Shown: positions 9,402 to 17,781 of the stretch, piece by piece
Numbering within the stretch: position 1 is the first letter of the stretch
Layout of the letters: each line of letters starts with the position of its first letter
DNA from: a bacterium
GTDB lineage: Bacteria; UBA8248
Length of the DNA stretch: 64,000 nt
Direction: 5' to 3'
Assembly (NCBI GenBank): GCA_965207065.1
Contig: OZ242260.1
Span: forward strand, 3,392,001 to 3,456,000
Translations under genes and position numbers: made by a program
The notes under the pieces: model-generated
The model's input: the letters and a program-made list of their open reading frames with translations, nothing else
Databases searched by the model: none
Told to the model about the DNA's origin: nothing

Positions 9402-11126
9402 ATGGCGGGAAACATCACGGAAGAACGCCACGAGACCGACGTTTTGATCGTGGGCGGGGGTGCGGCGGGCACGATGGCCGCATTCGAATGCGCACAGGCG
9501 GGCGTGAGCGTTATCCAGGCCACCAAGGGCAGGGCAACCAGCGGCACGACGACCGTGGCGCGGGGCGGATTCGCCGCGGCGATGGCGCCGGGCGACAGCC
9601 CCGAGCTTCATCTGCAGGAAATCCTGAAATACGGCGGTGAACTCATCGACCCCGAACTGGCGAGAACCTGGGTGTACGACATCATCGATGTCGTGCATGA
9701 CCTGCGCGAGTGGGGAGCGGAGTTCATCACCGACGATAACGGCGACCTCGACCTCAAGATGTTCCCGAGCCACACCTATCCCCGCGCCCTGCATCACCAC
9801 GATACCACGGGCAACATGGTCACCAAGGTGCTCTCCAAAAGACTCCGGGGCGACGCCCGCATCGGCCAGCATCCCCATGTGGCCATCGTGGACCTCATCA
9901 CCGAGGAGGGCCGCGTCATCGGCGCTTGGGGGGTGGACTACTCGCGCGGCTGCCTCATGGTCTACGCCGCGCGCGAAGTGATTCTCGCCACTGGAGGCGG
10001 GAGCGGCCTTTTCTACGTGAACGACAACCCGCCGCAGGTGACGGGCGACGGCTACGTTCTTGGCTTTCGGGCGGGCGCTTCTCTCCTCGGCGTCGAGATG
10101 ATCGATTTTCAGGCCATGTGCTGCGCGCCCGAGGAGCTTTTCGGCTTCGCGCCCCATCCCACGGGCTTCATCAACGCGGGCGCCATTTTCCTGAACCAGG
10201 AAGGCGAGGCGTTCCTGAAGCGCTATTTCCCGGACACGGCGGAAAAGAGTACGCGCAGCGAGGTTATCCTCGCCATGGCGAAGGAGATACACGCAGGTAG
10301 AGCGGGCCTGACGGGCGGCATCTACATGGACGCCACCCGGGTACCCATGGAGACGATACAAAGACAAATACCTCATGTGTATAAAACGTGCCTCTCGCGC
10401 GGCATCGACATCACGAAAACGCCGCTCGAAGTGGCCCCGGGCAGCCACACCTGGCTCGGCGGTCTCGAGATCGACGTCGACGGCAGGACGCGCGTGCCGG
10501 GCCTTTGGGCCGCGGGCGAGACGGGGGGCGGCATCCATGGCGGCAACCGCATCGGCGGCTCAGCACTTTCGGCCTCGCTGGTCTACGGGAGGCGGGCCGG
10601 GCAGGCGGTCTCCGTACAGGTGAAAGAGAGCGGTCGGGATGCACAGGCTGTTTCCGGCGGCATTCCTGAAGCGGAGCGAACCTGGCTGCAAACGCTCATC
10701 GACCGGGATGAAGGGCCGCTCCAGAAGGACGTGCGCATGAGCTGCCGGATGCTCGCGCACGAGAAACTCGGCCCCATTCGAGACGCCGAGGGCTGCCGGA
10801 ACGCGCTGGATGAATATGCGCGCATCGAAAACGAGGATATCCCGAACATGCGCCTCGATGACGGCGCGCGCACGTCGGAGAAAACGAAAGGCCAGGAACT
10901 CGAAAGCGCGCTTTCTGTCCGGAACCTGGCGCTTCTGGGGAAACTCCTCGCCACAGCCGCCCTGAACAGAAAAGAGAGCCGGGGGGCGCATTTCAGGCTC
11001 GATTATCCCGAGACGAACGAGGCGGACTGCAGTTTCGTGACGCGCCTCACCCACGGAGCGGGCGGTGATATTTTGTTCGATACAGACCCGCTCAAGACAT
11101 ATACGCCCGCAGCGGCCCGGGAATAG
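9402..11126 (+). CDS. FAD-dependent oxidoreductase of the SdhA/FrdA/NadB superfamily (atypical active site)
   Basis: GGGAAG, ATGG, TGDG, GLWAAGE..GIHGGNRIG, RKESRGAHFRLDYP. Confidence 0.85.
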   Translation: MAGNITEERHETDVLIVGGGAAGTMAAFECAQAGVSVIQATKGRATSGTTTVARGGFAAAMAPGDSPELHLQEILKYGGELIDPELARTWVYDIIDVVHDLREWGAEFITDDNGDLDLKMFPSHTYPRALHHHDTTGNMVTKVLSKRLRGDARIGQHPHVAIVDLITEEGRVIGAWGVDYSRGCLMVYAAREVILATGGGSGLFYVNDNPPQVTGDGYVLGFRAGASLLGVEMIDFQAMCCAPEELFGFAPHPTGFINAGAIFLNQEGEAFLKRYFPDTAEKSTRSEVILAMAKEIHAGRAGLTGGIYMDATRVPMETIQRQIPHVYKTCLSRGIDITKTPLEVAPGSHTWLGGLEIDVDGRTRVPGLWAAGETGGGIHGGNRIGGSALSASLVYGRRAGQAVSVQVKESGRDAQAVSGGIPEAERTWLQTLIDRDEGPLQKDVRMSCRMLAHEKLGPIRDAEGCRNALDEYARIENEDIPNMRLDDGARTSEKTKGQELESALSVRNLALLGKLLATAALNRKESRGAHFRLDYPETNEADCSFVTRLTHGAGGDILFDTDPLKTYTPAAARE

Positions 11127-11153
11127 ACGCGGGTAGAGGAGAGGAACCAGGAT

Positions 11154-12044
11154 ATGGCGCAGGCGAAAGTAGGCGTAGTCGGTTTGGGGAACATGGGGCG
11201 CGGCGTCGCCGGCAATCTGCACAAGGCGAAAATCCCTTTAATGGTCTGGGACGTGGCGCCCGAGGCAAGGGAACCCTGGGAGAGAAAACGGGGTGTGGAG
11301 GTTCTCGAACCGGGCGAGATGGCGGGACAGGCGGGCATCATCTTCTTCGTAGTGCCGGGATCGCCTGAAATCGAAGCGGCGCTCAAGGGAAGGAATGGCG
11401 TTCTGGCGAACGCGAGAAAGAACCTGGTGATCTATGACTTCACGAGTTCGGACCCCGCTGTGAGCCGGAAGATCGCCCGGCGCGCAAAGGCGAAGGATGT
11501 TGACTATCTCGACGCCGGTATGAGCGGGGGTGCGACGGGCGCCGCCGCAGGCACGCTGACGCTCATGATAGGCGGTGATGAAAAAGCTTATCGCCGCACG
11601 AAACGCTTCCTGACTCCCATCGCCGATGACCTCTTCTATCTGGGCGAGAGCGGCGCGGGCCACGCCATGAAGCTCATCCACAACATGGTCTGCCACTCCA
11701 TTTTCATGGCGACTTGCGAGGGCGGAAAACTCGCCGAAAAAGTGGGCCTCAAGGTTGAGGACATGATCGACGTGTTCAATGTATCGAACGCGAGGAGCTA
11801 CGCGAGCCAGTTCCGCTTCCCGAACCACATATTGTCCGAGAAATGGGACGGGAAATCACGCGTCTACAACATGATCAAGGACGTCGGCATGGCCGTGCAG
11901 ATGGGCAAGAAGCACAGGGCGCATACCGAGCACGGAGAAGCCACGCTCTCGTTTCTGGAAAAAGCCGTCAAACGCGGGATGATCGAAAAAGATTTCACGT
12001 TGTTGTATCGTGATTACGAGAAAGTTGCGAAGACGCGCTTGTAG
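11154..12044 (+). CDS. NAD(P)-dependent beta-hydroxyacid dehydrogenase (3-hydroxyisobutyrate dehydrogenase family)
   Basis: GLGNMG, DAGMSGG..GA..GTLTLMIGG, catalytic KLIHN. Confidence 0.9.
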   Translation: MAQAKVGVVGLGNMGRGVAGNLHKAKIPLMVWDVAPEAREPWERKRGVEVLEPGEMAGQAGIIFFVVPGSPEIEAALKGRNGVLANARKNLVIYDFTSSDPAVSRKIARRAKAKDVDYLDAGMSGGATGAAAGTLTLMIGGDEKAYRRTKRFLTPIADDLFYLGESGAGHAMKLIHNMVCHSIFMATCEGGKLAEKVGLKVEDMIDVFNVSNARSYASQFRFPNHILSEKWDGKSRVYNMIKDVGMAVQMGKKHRAHTEHGEATLSFLEKAVKRGMIEKDFTLLYRDYEKVAKTRL

Positions 12045-12069
12045 GTTTGGTTGACACTGGAGCTTTCCC

Positions 12070-12684
12070 ATGAAACTGGTGGTGGGCGTAACGGGTGCTT
12101 CCGGCTCGATATACGGCGTGCGCCTCATGGAGGTGTTGCACGACGCGTATCCCGAAGTGGAGACCCATTTGGTTGTCTCCAAAGCGGGCATCCGCGTTCT
12201 GAGCTATGAAACGGATGTGGATATCGCAAAGCTCTCTTCATGGGCGAGTGTCGTTCATCCCGAAAGTGATATCGGGGCGCGGCCCGCGAGCGGGAGCGCG
12301 GGCTTCGACGCGATGGTAATCGCGCCTTGTTCCCTGAAAACACTGGGCCTGATAGCCACGGGCACGGGCGATAACCTCATCTGCCGCGCAGCGGACGTGA
12401 TGCTCAAGGAGCAGAAAAAACTCGTTCTCCTGCCGCGCGAGATGCCGCTTTCGGCGATTCATCTGGAAAACATGCACAAACTCGCGCTAATGGGCGTATT
12501 CATATTGCCGGCGTCGCCGGGTTTCTATTTCAAGCCCCAGACGATGGAGGATCTGATCGATCACGTGGTGGGCAAGACGCTCACCTGCCTGGGGCTGGAG
12601 CAAAACCTCTTCGAGCGTTGGCGAGGCCAGCACCCGGAGCGGAGGAGCACCGTGACGCGAAATGACGGGGAGATGAGCGGATGA
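12070..12684 (+). CDS. ubiX: Flavin prenyltransferase UbiX
   Basis: GVTGASGSIYG, ASGS, APCS, RAADVMLKE, REMPL..IHLENM, PGFYFKP. Confidence 0.95.
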   Translation: MKLVVGVTGASGSIYGVRLMEVLHDAYPEVETHLVVSKAGIRVLSYETDVDIAKLSSWASVVHPESDIGARPASGSAGFDAMVIAPCSLKTLGLIATGTGDNLICRAADVMLKEQKKLVLLPREMPLSAIHLENMHKLALMGVFILPASPGFYFKPQTMEDLIDHVVGKTLTCLGLEQNLFERWRGQHPERRSTVTRNDGEMSG

Positions 12685-12866
12685 ATGAAAAAGCAGAAGT
12701 TGCCTCACAACTCGTGCGAATGGGGCGGGACGTCTTCGGCCTCGACGATGAAGAGCGAATTGCCGGATATGCCGATGAGGTGGCGGAGATGATGCAGACG
12801 CTATCGTCCGCCTCACTCGAGAAAACGCTGGAGCCTTTCGCTCCACCCGCCAAAGAATCGAAATAA
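12681..12866 (+). CDS. Small protein, possibly a GatC/AtzG-like amidase partner
   Basis: 61 aa, ATGA-coupled to ubiX, helical with a C-terminal EPFAP tail; an amidase is in the same operon. Confidence 0.45.
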   Translation: MNEKAEVASQLVRMGRDVFGLDDEERIAGYADEVAEMMQTLSSASLEKTLEPFAPPAKESK

Positions 12867-12867
12867 A

Positions 12868-14364
12868 TTGCCGCTTGCAAGCGCCGTACTGCCTTCTTTC
12901 TACCAGGATTCCGTAAATCTCATGCGTCTGGCGCGCGAGATCCGCAAAAAACCGGGCGTCTCCGAGATGGCGGCGCTCATGGGCACGCCTGCAAATCACG
13001 AGATTCTGTATCAGGCGGGATTGACCAAGGACAGTCTTGACGCAGGGCCGAACGATCTGGTGCTGGCCGTGGAGGCGGACACCCAGGAACTCGCGTATGA
13101 GGCGATTAAGGAGGCAAAAACCTTTCTCACGCAAGCGAGGGCCGCTGGTGGCGAGGCAAGCGATTTTACGCCTTCGAGCCTTGCGGGAGCGCTCGCCGCT
13201 GCGCCTGATTCCAACCTCGCGATGATCTCCGTGCCCGGCGCCTTTGCCGCGAAAGAAGCCATGGATGCCCTGCGGGGCGGGCTTCATGTGTTCCTGTTCA
13301 GCGACAATGTTTCCGTAGATGACGAGGTGGCGCTCAAGCGAGAGGCCATAGAGCGCGATCTGCTCCTGATGGGCCCCGATTGCGGAACGGCGTACATCGG
13401 GGGCGTGGGGCTCGGTTTCACCAACGTGGTGAAGCCGGGGCGCGTGGGTTGCATCGCCGCCTCGGGCACGGGCCTCCAGGCCGTGGCTTCGCAACTCGAT
13501 GCCCTGGGCGAGGGAATTTCCCACGGAATCGGCGTGGGCGGGCGCGATTTGTCCGCGGAAGTGGGTGGGCTGATGACGCTCCACTCGCTCGATTTCCTAG
13601 CCGATGATCCCGATACAGAAGTCGTAGTCCTCATATCCAAGCCGCCGGACGCTGAGGTGCTTCCTGAAATCGAATCAGCGCTTAAGAACTTTAAGAAGCC
13701 GCACGTCGTCTGTTTTCTGGGTGCGGCTAATCCCGATTGGGCGGAGACTCTGGAGGGTGCAGGCCACGCCGCGGCGGCGATCCTGAAAGGCGAGAGGTAC
13801 CAGCCTGAAAATTTCTTCGCCCAGGCGGGACTGAGGGAGAGAATCGCTTCCTTGAAGCCGGGTGACGCGCTTGATGGCGCGGGCGTGCTGGGGCTTTTCT
13901 CGGGCGGCACGCTCGCCCATGAGAGCCGCCTCATTCTGGAGGATTTGCTCGGCGAAATATCCTGGAACGAGGATGCGGGCTACAGCAGAATTCTCGACCT
14001 GGGCGATGATCGCTACACGGTCGGCAAGCCCCATCCCATGATCGACCCCGAGTCCCGCGCGGAGATGATTGCGGCAACTGCGGAGAATGACCGCGTTGGC
14101 GTCGTCCTGTTCGACCTGATGCTTGGCAGGGCAAGTTCACAGGACCCGGCGGGCCCTCTCGCGCGGGCGATAAAGGAGGCGAGAGGGAAGGGGAGGCGTC
14201 CTGTTTTCGTCGCCTCCGTCGTGGGTACGGCGGATGATCCGCAAGGGCTGGATGCGCAGGTGGGGATTCTCGAAGATGCAGGCGTGGTCGTGCTTCCATC
14301 CAACGCGCAGGCGGCGCGTTTCGCGGCAGCGCTGGTGAAGCCGGAACTGTTCGAGGCTGTGTGA
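12868..14364 (+). CDS. fdrA: FdrA/AllF-like acyl-CoA synthetase-fold protein (main part)
   Basis: YQDSVNLM, MGTPAN, ISVPG, FSDNV, MGPDCGT, ASGTGLQ, GVGGRDLS, DLGDD.YTVGKPHPMIDP. Confidence 0.9.
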   Translation: MPLASAVLPSFYQDSVNLMRLAREIRKKPGVSEMAALMGTPANHEILYQAGLTKDSLDAGPNDLVLAVEADTQELAYEAIKEAKTFLTQARAAGGEASDFTPSSLAGALAAAPDSNLAMISVPGAFAAKEAMDALRGGLHVFLFSDNVSVDDEVALKREAIERDLLLMGPDCGTAYIGGVGLGFTNVVKPGRVGCIAASGTGLQAVASQLDALGEGISHGIGVGGRDLSAEVGGLMTLHSLDFLADDPDTEVVVLISKPPDAEVLPEIESALKNFKKPHVVCFLGAANPDWAETLEGAGHAAAAILKGERYQPENFFAQAGLRERIASLKPGDALDGAGVLGLFSGGTLAHESRLILEDLLGEISWNEDAGYSRILDLGDDRYTVGKPHPMIDPESRAEMIAATAENDRVGVVLFDLMLGRASSQDPAGPLARAIKEARGKGRRPVFVASVVGTADDPQGLDAQVGILEDAGVVVLPSNAQAARFAAALVKPELFEAV

Positions 14365-14367
14365 GCC

Positions 14368-14541
14368 TTGAAAGATTTATGCCGGAAACCGCTTCGGGTC
14401 GTGAATGTCGGGCTTGAGATTTTCGCGGATGAACTGAAAAACCAGAGCGTGGCCGTGACGCATGTGCGTTGGCGGCCGCCGGCGGGTGGGAAGCCCCATC
14501 TGCTCGAATTACTGGAGAAACTCGAAGAACTCGATAAATAA
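14368..14541 (+). CDS. FdrA C-terminal domain peptide (57 aa, not in the ORF track)
   Basis: Manual translation MKDLCRKPLRVVNVGLEIFADELKNQSVAVTHVRWRPPAGGKPHLLELLEKLEELDK matches the FdrA C-terminal V(I)NVGL..F....W.PPAGG motif; in frame with fdrA after its TGA. Confidence 0.8.
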   Translation: MKDLCRKPLRVVNVGLEIFADELKNQSVAVTHVRWRPPAGGKPHLLELLEKLEELDK

Positions 14542-14575
14542 ACCATGCAGGTTACGCGGAACAAGGGAGTGAAAT

Positions 14576-15931
14576 ATGAGTGAACACTGGCGCCTGAGCC
14601 TCTCTGAAGGGCTGAGAAAAATTACCGAAGGCGGCTTGTCCGCATCTGAATGGACGCGCTCCTTGCTGGAGCGGATCGACGCGCTGGAAGAAAAACTCCT
14701 GGCGTGGGCGCACCTGGAGGGGGAGGGCGCGCTCGCATCCGCCAAGGCGGTTGATGAGCGACTCGCGAGCGGTGAGGGGAGTGGGCCGCTTGGGGGCGCC
14801 GCCATCGGCTATAAGGACATCGTGGACGTCGCCGGTCTGCCGCGCGAGGCGAACTCTCCTTTGCTGAAAGGCGAAATCCCGGATTCAGACGCCACCGTCA
14901 CGACGCGCCTGAAAGATGCGGGCGCAATCTGTCTCGGCAAGACGGTCACCACGCAGTTCGCCACGTCCGATCCCTCGCAAACTCGAAATCCATGGAATCT
15001 GAAGCACAGCCCCGGCGGTTCCAGCAGCGGTTCCGCAGCGGCTGTGGCCGCCGGTATGGTCCCGGCAGCGCTTGGAAGCCAGACGGGCGGCTCGACCTTG
15101 CGGCCTGCCGCGTTTTGCGGCGTGGTGGGGCTCAAGCCCAGCTATGGCCGGATACCGAGAAGCGGACTGATTTCGGTGTCGTGGATACTGGATCACGTTG
15201 GCGTCATCACCCGTTGCGCCGAGGATGCGGCGCGCGTGCTCACGGCCATCGCAGGTGCGGATGGCATAGACGCGCAGGCGCCCGACATCGCCGTGCCCGA
15301 TTACGCCGAAGCCTCTGCGCTGGTGAGGCCGAATCGGGCATGTTTCTGGAAGGAAGATCTCCTCCCGCACGCGAGCGAGGAGGTGGCCGGACGCATCGAG
15401 GAATGCGTGGCGAGCTTGAAGGCCAAAGGCGTGGACGTGGAGGAGGCAAGGCTGCCCGTGGATGTGGACGAGATGCACGCGGCGCACCGCATCATCATGC
15501 GCGTGGAGTCAGCCGCCTATCACGACAAGATGTTTCTGGAGAACCAGGACGCCTATGCTTCCCAGATCCGGAAAAACATCTCCACCGGCCTGATGACGCC
15601 AGCTGTTCACTACGTGAACGCCCTGCGCTTTCGCGCGCGCTTCATTCAAAGGATGGAGGATTTTTTCCAAAACTTCGACCTCGTCATTCTGCCTTCCCAT
15701 GTGGAGCGTCCCCCCATCGCCGAGGAATCCACCGGCAACGCCCTGTTCAACGAGCCCTTCACGCAAATCGGGTTCCCGGCCATCTCGCTTCCCGTCGGCC
15801 GGGGAGATGAGAATCTGCCCATCGGGATTCAACTGGGTGGACGCCGCTTTGGCGAGGCCGCGCTTCTCTCCGCCGCCCGCTGGTGCGAGGCGGAACTCGG
15901 CTGGATCGCAGAAATTCCAGAAATCGAATAG
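14576..15931 (+). CDS. Amidase signature family enzyme
   Basis: Catalytic Lys in GYKD, SPGGSSSGSAAAVA, GSQTGGSTLRPAAFCGVVGLKP. Confidence 0.95.
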   Translation: MSEHWRLSLSEGLRKITEGGLSASEWTRSLLERIDALEEKLLAWAHLEGEGALASAKAVDERLASGEGSGPLGGAAIGYKDIVDVAGLPREANSPLLKGEIPDSDATVTTRLKDAGAICLGKTVTTQFATSDPSQTRNPWNLKHSPGGSSSGSAAAVAAGMVPAALGSQTGGSTLRPAAFCGVVGLKPSYGRIPRSGLISVSWILDHVGVITRCAEDAARVLTAIAGADGIDAQAPDIAVPDYAEASALVRPNRACFWKEDLLPHASEEVAGRIEECVASLKAKGVDVEEARLPVDVDEMHAAHRIIMRVESAAYHDKMFLENQDAYASQIRKNISTGLMTPAVHYVNALRFRARFIQRMEDFFQNFDLVILPSHVERPPIAEESTGNALFNEPFTQIGFPAISLPVGRGDENLPIGIQLGGRRFGEAALLSAARWCEAELGWIAEIPEIE

Positions 15932-16130
15932 GGGAGCTGAGCCGTTCTGGTCGCATTCGGGCCGATTTTTCCTTTCATGGCCGTGAGCTTTCTTGCATTT
16001 TGCTCTCCGGTATGGTTTAAGATTTTGTCTTACAGAAATTTTATTTCAAGGGGCGGTTGAGAGGACGAGAAGGCAGGACTATTCCATTTATTTTCCCTCC
16101 GACGCCTCTGCCGACTGTGAACCGGTTTTT

Positions 16131-16619
16131 ATGTTCAAAACGACGAAAATAGGGCACGTTGGATTCTGGACGAAAGATCTGGCCCGGATGGAGGATTTCT
16201 ACACCCGCGTGCTGGGCTTCAAGGTAACGAGCAGAAGCGGCCCGGGCGCGAAAGTACCGGGAGGGGCTTCTGTATTTTTGCGATGCGATGTCACCCATCA
16301 TGAGGTCGTCTTCTTCCAAGCCCCGGAGGAAGCCTCGGGGCTCTATCCCGAATCAGGCAATTCCATGGCGGAGGCCAAGCCGGGGTTTCAGCACCTGGCT
16401 TTCGAACTACCGGACCGGGGAGAGTGGCTCAAGGCGCTTCGGCACCTGAAAGAGTGCGGCGTGAAGATTGAATACGGCCCTCTGGTCCATGGCCCCGAGG
16501 GAGACGGGTTCGAGCAGGGCAGCGGCAACCGCGCCTTTTATTTCTGCGACCCGGATGGAAACTATATCGAGCTCTATTGCGATATCGACGTGTTTCGCGA
16601 AGAAGAGGAGAGTTCCTGA
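16131..16619 (+). CDS. VOC family metalloenzyme
   Basis: IGHVG, HHEV, QHLAF, YFCDPDGNYIEL. Confidence 0.9.
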   Translation: MFKTTKIGHVGFWTKDLARMEDFYTRVLGFKVTSRSGPGAKVPGGASVFLRCDVTHHEVVFFQAPEEASGLYPESGNSMAEAKPGFQHLAFELPDRGEWLKALRHLKECGVKIEYGPLVHGPEGDGFEQGSGNRAFYFCDPDGNYIELYCDIDVFREEEESS

Positions 16620-16696
16620 TTCTCGTTTTTGGGCAAGTATTCCGGGAATCTTTTTTATTTCGTTGCAACACACTATTCACCAAGGAGGAGAAACAG

Positions 16697-17677
16697 ATGA
16701 AGTACCTGAAAAACGCTGTGATTGCAGCAGTCGCGTTCTCGCTGGCTGTCGGCCTGTCGTTCTCAGGCGCCGAAGCCGCCCGCATCAAGACCTCGGTCGC
16801 CGGCGCTGCGCCGGGCGCCGCCGCCTACGTGATCTGGGGTGGTTTAGCTGCATTGGTGTCCAAGGAATCGAAGACCGTGGAGATGAGCAACCTCACCACG
16901 CGCGGCGCGGTGGAAGATATCCGGCTGGTCGAAAACGGCAAAGCCGAGTTTGCTCTGGGCGTGGCCACGCTCGTGGATTTGGCGCTTAAGGGCAAGAAGA
17001 TGTTCAAAAAGCCCTACAAAAATGTGTGTGGTTTTGGACCCGGCACGGTCTCTCAGTTCCACATCGCCGTTCGGAAGGACTCGGGCATCAAGACGGTCGC
17101 CGATCTGAACGGAAAGCGCATGAGTTTCGCGCGCCGGGGCAGCAGCACCCACTTCATGACGCGAACCATCGTGGCGCTCGCCGGCATCAAGGTGCGCGAG
17201 GAGAACCTGAACTGGAACGTGGCGGCCGACGCCATCAAGGACGGCCGTCTGGACGCCTTCACCATTCCGAACCCCGTGCCCTCGCCGGCCGTCCTGAAAC
17301 TGGCGACCTCGCTGCCCATCACCCTCGTTCCTGTGGACGGGAAGGTGGGCGACGGCCTGCTCAAGTCGAACGCGGCTTACTTCAAGACCACTATCGTTAA
17401 AAATGCCTACAACGGCGTCGACAAGCCGGTGCCCACCATCGGCTACGCCGCGTGGACCATCGTGGGCTGCAACGTGCCCGCCGATGTCGTCTATGAAGTC
17501 GCGCGCATCAACTTCTCGAAGAAGGGCCGCGAGTTCCTGCTGAAAGTGCACAAAGGCTGGGCTTCGGGCTTCGTAACGGCCCCGGATCTGAAAGGGATGG
17601 CCGCCATTAACCTGAAGGTGCATCCGGGCGCAGCGCGGTACTGGAAAGAAGTCGGCAACAAGCTGCCGATGAAATAG
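16697..17677 (+). CDS. TAXI family TRAP solute-binding protein
   Basis: Strong RBS AAGGAGG, signal peptide, TRGAVED, SGIKTVADLNGKR, VHPGAARYWKE. Confidence 0.9.
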   Translation: MKYLKNAVIAAVAFSLAVGLSFSGAEAARIKTSVAGAAPGAAAYVIWGGLAALVSKESKTVEMSNLTTRGAVEDIRLVENGKAEFALGVATLVDLALKGKKMFKKPYKNVCGFGPGTVSQFHIAVRKDSGIKTVADLNGKRMSFARRGSSTHFMTRTIVALAGIKVREENLNWNVAADAIKDGRLDAFTIPNPVPSPAVLKLATSLPITLVPVDGKVGDGLLKSNAAYFKTTIVKNAYNGVDKPVPTIGYAAWTIVGCNVPADVVYEVARINFSKKGREFLLKVHKGWASGFVTAPDLKGMAAINLKVHPGAARYWKEVGNKLPMK

Positions 17678-17691
17678 AAATCACGCATCTC

Positions 17692-17722
17692 ACCGGCCGG
17701 GGGAGGCAATCTCCCGGCCGGT
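17692..17722. other. Intercistronic hairpin after the solute-binding gene
   Basis: accggccggg...cccggccggt stem. Confidence 0.5.
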
Positions 17723-17781
17723 ATTTCCAGCGAGGCATTTCTTCTCGTTGATGGAGCCTTGCCGGAAATGAGGCATCGTTC

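Noticed and set aside
14576-15931. gatA of the Glu-tRNA amidotransferase
   Set aside because: No gatB is adjacent, the motif is GSQTGGS rather than GSDTGGS, and the context is catabolic.
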